Shown: one piece after another, positions 29,252-36,900 of the stretch
Layout: the number at the start of each line of letters is the position of its first letter
Position numbering within the stretch: the first letter of the stretch is position 1
Assembly (NCBI GenBank): GCA_934169415.1
Contig: CAKPNP010000002.1
Location: forward strand, 1-60,363
Length of the DNA stretch: 60,363 nt
DNA from: an uncultured Bacilli bacterium
GTDB taxonomy: Bacteria; Bacillota_I; Bacilli_A; RF39; UBA660
Direction of reading: 5' to 3'
Translations under genes and position numbers: made by a program
Notes under the pieces: model-generated
Databases searched by the model: none
Told to the model about the DNA's origin: nothing
Seen by the model: the letters and a program-made list of their open reading frames with translations, nothing else

Positions 29252-30534
29252 TAGATATAAAATTAATAAGAGAAAATAAAGAATTAGTAAAGGAAAACAT
29301 TAAGAAAAAATTTCAAGATCATAAATTACATTTAGTAGATGAAGTATATGATTTAGATATTAAATTTCGTAATGTAAAACAAGAAGGAGATAATTTAAGA
29401 AGTTTAAAAAATACTAAAAGTTCATTAATAGGAAGTTTAATGAAAGATAATAAAAAAGAAGAAGCTAATTTATTAAAAGAAGAAATATCATCTATTAGTG
29501 ATAGAATAAAAAAGTTAGAATTAGAACAATCAGAATTAGAACAACAAATTAAAGAAAAAATGATGGTAATACCTAATATTATGGATTCTTCTGTTCCAAT
29601 AGGTGAGGATGATACTCATAATGTTGAATTAGAAAAATTTGGAGAACCAATAGTTCCAGATTATGAAATTCCATATCATGCTGATATTATTGATGCTTTA
29701 AATGGATTAGATAAAGAATCAGCTGGAAGAACAAGTGGAGAAGGATTTTATTACTTACTTGGAGATATAGCTCGTATGCATGAAGCACTTCTTGCTTACG
29801 CTAGAGATTTCATGATAAATAAAGGTTTTACTTATTGTATTCCTCCTTTTATGATTAGAAGTGATGTAGTAAAAGGCGTTATGTCATTTGAAGAAATGGA
29901 TGCAATGATGTATAAAATAGAAGGAGAAGATTTATATTTAATTGGTACTAGTGAACATTCTATGATAGGCAGATTTAAAGATCAAATTGTAAAAGAATCT
30001 AGCTTGCCAATTACTTTAACTTCATACTCACCTTGTTTTAGAAAAGAAGGGGGATCTCACGGGTTAGAAGAAAGAGGTTTATATAGGGTTCATCAATTTG
30101 AAAAACAAGAAATGATAGTTTTATGTAAACCAGAAGAAGCAATGGATTGGTATAATAAAATGTGGAAGTACACAGTTGAATTTTTTAGAAGCCTAGATGT
30201 TCCAGTTAGAACACTTGAATGTTGTAGTGGAGATTTAGCTGATTTAAAAGTAAAATCTTGTGATGTTGAAGCATGGAGTCCAAGACAAAAGAAATATTTT
30301 GAAGTTGGTTCATGTTCTACTTTAGGAGATGCACAAGCTAGGCGTTTAGGAATCAGAACTAAAGGAGAAAACGGTACATATTATGTAAATACTTTAAATA
30401 ATACTGTAGTTGCAACTCCTCGTGGTTTAATTGCTGTAATTGAAAATAATTATTTGAATGATGGTTCTATTAGAATTCCTTTGGCTTTAAGACCTTATAT
30501 GGGTGGTAAAGAAATTATTAAAATAAATAACTAG
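29248..30534 (+). CDS. serS: serine--tRNA ligase
   Basis: N-terminal coiled-coil arm, TSEHSMIG, FRKEGGSHG, GSCSTLGDAQARRLGIR. The ATG at 29248 overlaps the GNAT stop. Confidence 0.95.
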   Translation: MIDIKLIRENKELVKENIKKKFQDHKLHLVDEVYDLDIKFRNVKQEGDNLRSLKNTKSSLIGSLMKDNKKEEANLLKEEISSISDRIKKLELEQSELEQQIKEKMMVIPNIMDSSVPIGEDDTHNVELEKFGEPIVPDYEIPYHADIIDALNGLDKESAGRTSGEGFYYLLGDIARMHEALLAYARDFMINKGFTYCIPPFMIRSDVVKGVMSFEEMDAMMYKIEGEDLYLIGTSEHSMIGRFKDQIVKESSLPITLTSYSPCFRKEGGSHGLEERGLYRVHQFEKQEMIVLCKPEEAMDWYNKMWKYTVEFFRSLDVPVRTLECCSGDLADLKVKSCDVEAWSPRQKKYFEVGSCSTLGDAQARRLGIRTKGENGTYYVNTLNNTVVATPRGLIAVIENNYLNDGSIRIPLALRPYMGGKEIIKINN

Positions 30535-30557
30535 GATATGTTAAAAACATATCCTTT
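30533..30557 (+). terminator. terminator of serS
   Basis: AGGATATGTT-aaa-AACATATCCT 10-bp stem with a short T-run. Confidence 0.55.
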
Positions 30558-30579
30558 GGCGTATAGGTAGGTGATTAAA

Positions 30580-31824
30580 TTGAAACGTGAAGTAGATTCT
30601 TTTTATGTTTTAGAAAATAATAATTATAATACTATTACAATAGAATTTATATATCCAGTAAAATATGATAGTTCACATATGTTTGATAATAGTATATTTA
30701 TGCAAATAGTTATGAATTCTTCTTATAAATATAAGAATGAACAAGAATTTAAATTGGAAAAAATTAAAAGATTAATTATATCTTGTTCAGTTAATGAAAT
30801 GGTTTTACACAATAATTTATATATTAAATTTTCTTTGACAGTTCCAAGTCCTGATAAAATAAAAGATTTTAATTTAGATAATGCTTTTGAATTCTTTTAT
30901 GATATGATATATTCTCCAAATGTATCAAATGGAATGTTTGATGAAACACAGTTTGAAAGAGAAAAAAATTATATTGCATCAGATATTAATAGTTCATTAA
31001 AAAATAAAAGAGTAAGCAGTTATCAAAAATTTATATGTTGTGTTGATGATACTGGAGATTTAAAAAATAATGAACTAAATAATATTGATTTAATTTATAA
31101 ATCCAATCCAAAAGATTTATATGAATATTATAAAAATATTATTATAGATAATACTCCTATATGTATTTTTTATGGCGATATTTCTTATTTATCTGCTAAA
31201 AAACTATACAATAGATATTTCAATATTAAAAAAATTACAATTGATGAAGATTATGATTGTTATATGAAATTAAGTAAAACACCAAATTATATTGAAGAGT
31301 CGTTTGATTATAATCAATCTATTTTATATACTTGTTATAAAGTTTTAGATATGGATGTTAATGATAAAAGAAATTTAAAACTACTCCTTGATATTTTAGG
31401 TAGTAATTCAACAAATTTAATACTAAAAAAATTAAGAGATGAGAAAAAACTTATTTATTCCTATAATTTAAGTGGTTCTAAAAAAGGTATATTTTATATT
31501 GAAACTTATATAAATAAATCTAATAAAGAAAATGTTTTAGCATCTATAAATGAAATTATGGATGTTATAAAAGATGAAAAAATAATTAAAGAATCTGTTG
31601 ATAGGATAATAAAAAAATTAGAGTATGATATAGTTGAATTAAAGGATTCTAAATATTATTTACTTGATAAGTTTATATATAATTTATTAGATATTGATGA
31701 GTCTAAAGAGGAAATGTATGAATATTATAAAAATTTAGATATAAAGCAATTTGAAAAATTTTTATCTAGAGTAAAACTAGATACAGTTTATTTTTTTAGA
31801 GGTGAAAAAAATGAAAGAAAATAA
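30580..31824 (+). CDS. M16 (insulinase/pitrilysin) family protein, non-catalytic partner
   Basis: TTG 30580 follows AGGTGAT. The size and pairing match the downstream HxxEH subunit, as with ymfF/ymfH. No HxxEH motif is present. Confidence 0.65.
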   Translation: MKREVDSFYVLENNNYNTITIEFIYPVKYDSSHMFDNSIFMQIVMNSSYKYKNEQEFKLEKIKRLIISCSVNEMVLHNNLYIKFSLTVPSPDKIKDFNLDNAFEFFYDMIYSPNVSNGMFDETQFEREKNYIASDINSSLKNKRVSSYQKFICCVDDTGDLKNNELNNIDLIYKSNPKDLYEYYKNIIIDNTPICIFYGDISYLSAKKLYNRYFNIKKITIDEDYDCYMKLSKTPNYIEESFDYNQSILYTCYKVLDMDVNDKRNLKLLLDILGSNSTNLILKKLRDEKKLIYSYNLSGSKKGIFYIETYINKSNKENVLASINEIMDVIKDEKIIKESVDRIIKKLEYDIVELKDSKYYLLDKFIYNLLDIDESKEEMYEYYKNLDIKQFEKFLSRVKLDTVYFFRGEKNERK

Positions 31825-33061
31825 AATTTGTACGTTACCTAATGGATTAAAAATTGTTTTATATAAAGATTCAACAAAAAGCTCATGCTATGCTGAATTA
31901 ATAGTTAAATATGGAGCTATTAATAATGAATTTATTTTAAATAATGAAAAATATAGTTTAAGTGATGGAATTGCACATCTTTTAGAACATGTATTAATTG
32001 AACATAGTATATTTGGTAATTCTAGAAATTATTTTCATGATAATTATGTAAAATCAAATGGAGAAACTTCTTTTAAAACAACTAATTATTATATTAAAAC
32101 AGTACATGATTTTTTCTCATATTTAGAAAAATTAATTAAAATTGTAAATATTCCAAATTTTAATAGAAGTGATATTGAAACATCAAAAAGTGCTATATAC
32201 GAGGAAATAGGTTCTTTACTTGATAAAAATTATTATTATTTATCCAAATTAGAAAAAGATTGTTTATTTGAAAATATAAGAATTAATTCTATACTTGGTA
32301 GTGTAGACGAAGTAAAAAATATAACGTATGATACTTTAAAAATGTGCTATGATATTTTTTATCAACCTCAGAATCAAATTTTAGTAGTTTCAGGTAATAT
32401 TGATATAGAAGAGGTAGTTAAATTTGTTACAAAAGTATACGATGAAATAAAGAAAGAACATATAGAATATAAAATACCAGAATTAAAAGAAAAAAATGAA
32501 GTTGTTAAATCAGATGGAGAAATTTATAGAGATACAGGCGATGATTATGTAAGAATCGACTATAAAATAAATATTTCCTCATTTAAACCATACGATAGAG
32601 TAAAATTAACGTTTTATCTTAATTATTTTTTATCTTATAATTTTAATGAAACATCAGATACATATAAAAAACTAATCGAAGATAAAATATCTATATATAA
32701 TATTGAATATAACTATGATTTTATGGGTGATTTTTTAATTATAAGTATTAGTTCACATGTACTTAATATATCTAAATTTGTTGATTTAGTAATAAATGTT
32801 ATGAAAAATAAAAATATTAATGAAGAATATTTTAATATACAAAAGAAAAGAGAAATTATTAATTTAATTTTAAGAGAAGAAAATTATATTAAAATGACTG
32901 ATTCATTTATAGATAATATATTAACCTTTAATTATTATGATATTGATAAATTAGATGATATTATAAGTCAAACGTATGATGATTATAAGAAAACTATAGA
33001 ACTTTTAAATTTTGATAATTATTGTGTACTTAAAATGTTAATGAAAGGCAGTTTGAGTTAA
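31811..33061 (+). CDS. M16 family zinc peptidase
   Basis: GIAHLLEHVLIE carries the HxxEH zinc motif. ATG 31811 follows AGGTGA and overlaps the upstream gene. Confidence 0.8.
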   Translation: MKENKICTLPNGLKIVLYKDSTKSSCYAELIVKYGAINNEFILNNEKYSLSDGIAHLLEHVLIEHSIFGNSRNYFHDNYVKSNGETSFKTTNYYIKTVHDFFSYLEKLIKIVNIPNFNRSDIETSKSAIYEEIGSLLDKNYYYLSKLEKDCLFENIRINSILGSVDEVKNITYDTLKMCYDIFYQPQNQILVVSGNIDIEEVVKFVTKVYDEIKKEHIEYKIPELKEKNEVVKSDGEIYRDTGDDYVRIDYKINISSFKPYDRVKLTFYLNYFLSYNFNETSDTYKKLIEDKISIYNIEYNYDFMGDFLIISISSHVLNISKFVDLVINVMKNKNINEEYFNIQKKREIINLILREENYIKMTDSFIDNILTFNYYDIDKLDDIISQTYDDYKKTIELLNFDNYCVLKMLMKGSLS

Positions 33062-33063
33062 TT

Positions 33064-34284
33064 ATGGCAGAATATATTAATGAAATTTTAAATAGTTACA
33101 ATTTAAATTTAGAACATACAATAAATATTATTTTATCACAGCCACATTCATGTCCATATTGTGGAGGAATGCTGTCTTTAGGCACTTGCAAGTATTGTGG
33201 TAATAAAAATGAATTACTAGAAGATAGTATATTAAAGTTAAATTGTCCCTTAAAAACCTTACTTAATATATTTGAAAATTTAAATATTACAGATATAGGA
33301 ATAAATCATTTATTTAATAATTTATTAAAATTAGATAAATATAATATTGATATAGTAAAAAAGTTAATAGATAAATTTAATTATAAAAATAAAATTCTTG
33401 ATACACTTAAGAAAGACAAAGCTACAGATATAGAAAAAGAGTATTTAAATTGTTTAGTTGATTTAAATGATCCTAAACTAAATGTATCTTTATGTGATGC
33501 ATTTACAATATCAGCAGTATCTGGTAAAAAATGTGTTGATTATGATACATTTAAAAAAATATTTACAAATTACGTAGAAGATGTATTAGGAGAGTACATA
33601 GGAAAATCTCACTGTATAGTAGAAGAAAATCTAATGGCATATGGTAGAGAGGTTAATGGTCTTGCTTCTGGTAATGATATTGCAATAAACGATAAAAACT
33701 TAAAAGATTTGTATGATGGAAAATCAATTCAATTTATAGAAACACTTTTTCATGAGATGCGTCATACTGTTCAACATAAAATATACCGTGATGGTCTAAC
33801 TAATGATTACGTATTAAATATGATTAAAGATGAAATTTTAAGTAAGAATGAAAAATATTATATGGATAATTATGATAGGGTTTTATTAGAGTTAGATGCG
33901 GAATATAACGGTATGGAGAGTACAATTAACTATTTTAAACACTATAAAATAGATTTGGAAGTATTTAGGTATTATGAAGAAAAAATGAAAGAAATAAAAG
34001 AAAAAATGAGTGATAAAACAAGAATAGTAGATGGTACTTTAAGAAACCTTGATGATATTTTTAATGAATATATTAAAGATAAGCCAGATTTATTAAATGA
34101 ATATAAACAATTAAATTATATATATAAAGTAGATAATGGAATTGTTGTAGAAAAAAGTTTTGATGAAATGATTAGTGATTATAATCATTTGATGGAATCT
34201 AATAATGATGAAAATGTAAGATTAGTATATAAAGAATTACTAAGTAAAAAAATTGATTGTGATACTAATATAAAACATATATGA
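33064..34284 (+). CDS. zinc-ribbon plus HExxH metallopeptidase-like protein (406 aa)
   Basis: N-terminal CPYCGG...CKYCGN ribbon and an internal TLFHEMRHTVQH motif. No TM helix or signal peptide. Confidence 0.6.
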   Translation: MAEYINEILNSYNLNLEHTINIILSQPHSCPYCGGMLSLGTCKYCGNKNELLEDSILKLNCPLKTLLNIFENLNITDIGINHLFNNLLKLDKYNIDIVKKLIDKFNYKNKILDTLKKDKATDIEKEYLNCLVDLNDPKLNVSLCDAFTISAVSGKKCVDYDTFKKIFTNYVEDVLGEYIGKSHCIVEENLMAYGREVNGLASGNDIAINDKNLKDLYDGKSIQFIETLFHEMRHTVQHKIYRDGLTNDYVLNMIKDEILSKNEKYYMDNYDRVLLELDAEYNGMESTINYFKHYKIDLEVFRYYEEKMKEIKEKMSDKTRIVDGTLRNLDDIFNEYIKDKPDLLNEYKQLNYIYKVDNGIVVEKSFDEMISDYNHLMESNNDENVRLVYKELLSKKIDCDTNIKHI

Positions 34285-34288
34285 TAAT

Positions 34289-34326
34289 AAAAAAACATTT
34301 AGATTATTTTAATTTAAATGTTTTTT
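34289..34326. terminator. bidirectional terminator
   Basis: AAAAACATTTA, 13-nt loop, TAAATGTTTTT 11-bp stem between convergent genes. Confidence 0.7.
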
Positions 34327-34661
34327 AGTCATGTTTTATTACTGAATCACATTTAGCACAATCAAATATTGGATATTTATTATATTTAATTAAATCTTTT
34401 ATTAAGGAATATGGGATTTCTGTTTCATATTTACAATTATCACATTTATATTTAATAAATTTAGGTGTATTTTCTTCATCTATACATAATTTATACATAT
34501 CAATACCCAATATTAATGATATACGCCAAAGTGCACCTAATGAAAATGTTTGATTTTTTTTACTTTCAAGACCAGATACAAAAGATGATGAATAACCTAT
34601 TTTTTCAGCTAATTGTTCTTGTGTTAACTTTTTTTCTTTTCTGTATTTTTAGTATTTCCAA
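34325..34661 (-). pseudogene. XRE-family HTH plus C-terminal zinc-ribbon regulator whose reading frame is broken in an A7 tract
   Basis: On the minus strand, TTG 34661 gives MEILKIQKRKK, runs into A7 (34629-34635) and stops soon after. The adjacent frame is open from 34648 and encodes KLTQEQLAEKIGYSSSFVSGLESKKNQTFSLGALWRISLILGIDMYKLC plus a CDNC...CAKC ribbon, ending at TAA 34325-34327. That frame has no ATG/GTG/TTG before 34510. Loss of one A would fuse both parts. Confidence 0.6.
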
Positions 34662-34779
34662 TTTGCTTACATATTATTATCTAATAAAAAATAATAAAAT
34701 TTGTATTACTATTTATACAAGTATTTTTGACAAAATTAGTTAAAATATGTAAAAGTATTTGTGTAAATATTATAAATTA

Positions 34780-34788
34780 TGGTATAAT
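34780..34788 (+). promoter_or_regulatory. extended -10 promoter element of the T7SS operon
   Basis: TGgTATAAT lies 23 nt upstream of ATG 34812, with the GGGAGGGG RBS between them. Confidence 0.45.
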
Positions 34789-34811
34789 TAGTATAGAATA
34801 GGGAGGGGCTT

Positions 34812-35063
34812 ATGAACAAATATCTGATTACATTTGTAGTTCCTTGTATAGAAATGCAATTTGATGCTTATATTCCTATTAATAAAAAAATAGGAACACT
34901 TAAAAAATATGTATTGTCTTCCTTAATGCAATTATCAAATGGTGCATATAGGCAAACTTCATCTATTACATTTATTGATAAGGAAACTGGTATTATCTTT
35001 GATAATAATATTTTGATTAAGGAATCTTCTATTCAAAACGGAACTAAAATAGTAATTATTTAG
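34812..35063 (+). CDS. esaB: YukD/EsaB-like ubiquitin-fold T7SS protein
   Basis: 83 aa with a beta-grasp pattern (FDAYIPINKKIGTLKKYVL ... IQNGTKIVII). It is the first gene of a WXG100/EssC operon. Confidence 0.7.
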   Translation: MNKYLITFVVPCIEMQFDAYIPINKKIGTLKKYVLSSLMQLSNGAYRQTSSITFIDKETGIIFDNNILIKESSIQNGTKIVII

Positions 35064-35076
35064 AGGAGGTGAAACG

Positions 35077-35367
35077 ATGAATTCAACACGTTTACATGTA
35101 TCAGAAAATGCTTCAAATATAGGTGCACAAATAGTTTCAAAATCTGAATCTTTAGTTGAATTATTAGGTAAAGTTGAGACTACTAATACTGAAATACAAG
35201 AGGCCTGGGCTGGAAAAGATGCTACAGATTATTCTGCAAGATTAACAGAACAATGTGTAGAAATCAAAAAATTATTTGAAACAGCTATAGCTACAGGTAA
35301 TGCTTTACAAAGTGCTGCAAAAGCATATATGGATGCTCAAAGTGCTAATAGTACTTATGGTGCATAA
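35077..35367 (+). CDS. esxA: WXG100 family T7SS substrate (EsxA-like)
   Basis: 96-aa helical hairpin with a central EAWAGKDA (W-x-G). RBS GGAGGTGA. Confidence 0.85.
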   Translation: MNSTRLHVSENASNIGAQIVSKSESLVELLGKVETTNTEIQEAWAGKDATDYSARLTEQCVEIKKLFETAIATGNALQSAAKAYMDAQSANSTYGA

Positions 35368-35381
35368 GAAAGGAGAAAAAA

Positions 35382-35678
35382 ATGACTGATATAAATTATG
35401 TTAAATTAGAAGAATGTGCAACTAAATTAACTGGTTTAAATAGAGAAATTAAGGATCTTGCAGATGACATGAATGGTAATTTATTTTCAAAAATTGGTAT
35501 TGATGGAGAAGATTGGGGAGGAGAAGCTGCTGAAACAGCTAGACAAACTCTTAATCAATTATATGCAAGATTAATGGATGTTGTTTCTATAATAGATGCT
35601 GATGTTAAAAATATAAATACAGTAGTTGCAAATTATAAAAATGTTGATCAAACATTTGGACAAGTATTTAATCAATAG
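35382..35678 (+). CDS. WXG100 family T7SS substrate (second paralogue)
   Basis: 98 aa with a central EDWGGEAA (W-x-G). RBS AAGGAG. Confidence 0.85.
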   Translation: MTDINYVKLEECATKLTGLNREIKDLADDMNGNLFSKIGIDGEDWGGEAAETARQTLNQLYARLMDVVSIIDADVKNINTVVANYKNVDQTFGQVFNQ

Positions 35679-35699
35679 TCTCTAGAAATAGAGTCTTTG

Positions 35700-35731
35700 A
35701 CAAATAGATAACTTATAAGTTATCTATTTGT
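35700..35731 (+). promoter_or_regulatory. perfect 14-16 bp stem-loop between the esx pair and the rest of the operon
   Basis: ACAAATAGATAACTTA/TAAGTTATCTATTTGT palindrome with no T-run after it (GAGAGAGGG RBS follows). Candidate attenuator or mRNA-stabilising/processing hairpin. Confidence 0.5.
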
Positions 35732-35745
35732 GAGAGAGGGTTATT

Positions 35746-36039
35746 ATGGTTAATGTAGATAAAGACGGTATAAGACTAACTGCTAATAACATGCTGGAAT
35801 GTATAGAAGAATATAAAAATGAAATATCTGAATTTGTAAATATAATTAATGATTTAAATGATGCTTGGAATGGAAATATAGATGCTAGTAATTGCATAAA
35901 TAATATGAATAAACTATATTTAGAAAATTTAAGTGTCTTGTATCTTAAATTGCAAGAATATCAGGTATATTTACAAAATATACCTGGTTTATATGATTTA
36001 TTAGATGAAATATATGTTAGTAAGAAAATAAATATTTAG
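35746..36039 (+). CDS. divergent WXG100-like small helical protein
   Basis: 97 aa with a central DAWNGNID (W-x-G). Confidence 0.65.
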   Translation: MVNVDKDGIRLTANNMLECIEEYKNEISEFVNIINDLNDAWNGNIDASNCINNMNKLYLENLSVLYLKLQEYQVYLQNIPGLYDLLDEIYVSKKINI

Positions 36040-36047
36040 GAGGATTT

Positions 36048-36368
36048 ATGGCAGTCAATGTTAATTACCAAAAGTTTAATGCGTGTATAGAAAATCTTAT
36101 GAAATTAAATGACAAAGTTTATGAAAATTTAAATAACTATGTAACTCTTGGTACATCTTTAGAAAAAAAATCCATATGGAATGGAATTGTATCAGAAAGT
36201 TATATGAATAATATTAGTTTATTACAATATGAAATAGAAGAAATACGTACTCAAATTTTAAATATGATTTCACAAATGCAAAGTAATTACAATCATTATA
36301 AAAGTACAGATCAATTCTTTAATGAGACGTTTTCAAATATTTTTTCACAAATTTCTAAAGCAAGGTAA
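36048..36368 (+). CDS. divergent WXG100-like small helical protein
   Basis: 106 aa with a central SIWNGIVS (W-x-G). RBS AGGAGGA. Confidence 0.65.
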   Translation: MAVNVNYQKFNACIENLMKLNDKVYENLNNYVTLGTSLEKKSIWNGIVSESYMNNISLLQYEIEEIRTQILNMISQMQSNYNHYKSTDQFFNETFSNIFSQISKAR

Positions 36369-36370
36369 TT

Positions 36371-36877
36371 ATGAATTTAAATAGTATAAATGTTGAACTT
36401 CTAAAAAAAGCAATTAATGATTGCATTAATTCTATAAATAAAAGTTCTAGTGAAAAAATTTGTACAAGCATTATGGATTCATCTATTTGGATAAATGATT
36501 GCAAAAGTGAGTTAAAAAATGGATTAGAAAAATTTGAAGACATTTACAAAAAACTTTTAGATACATTAAATTCTTATAAAGATAATGTGATTCCTAAAAT
36601 TGAAAAATATCAAGAATACGTTTTGAATAATACTAATTTGTCTAATGAAATAGAAGAATTAAAAAAGAAATTATATTATGAAGAAAATGAGGAATATGAA
36701 GATTGGGATAATATTGGAACATTTGATGAACCAATAAATGTAGTAGTGAAAAAAACAAGAACAGTAACTAAAATTGATAATACAGTTAAAAATTTAATAG
36801 AATCCAAAGAAAATGAAATAAAAAATAATAGGGAATCTATGGAAAATATAGAAAGAATAATCATGAATTTTATTTAA
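36371..36877 (+). CDS. helical T7SS accessory protein candidate (168 aa)
   Basis: Predicted all-helical. A degenerate SIWINDCK sits at the WXG position, followed by an acidic coiled-coil tail. It lies immediately upstream of the giant cargo gene. Confidence 0.5.
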   Translation: MNLNSINVELLKKAINDCINSINKSSSEKICTSIMDSSIWINDCKSELKNGLEKFEDIYKKLLDTLNSYKDNVIPKIEKYQEYVLNNTNLSNEIEELKKKLYYEENEEYEDWDNIGTFDEPINVVVKKTRTVTKIDNTVKNLIESKENEIKNNRESMENIERIIMNFI

Positions 36878-36900
36878 GTAATAGAAAGGGTTGAAGTACT

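Noticed and set aside
34465-34743. 92-aa plus-strand ORF across the XRE regulator region.
   Set aside because: Its opposite strand encodes a textbook XRE HTH plus zinc ribbon. The plus-strand product is low-complexity (F/L/I/Y) with a GTG start and no RBS.
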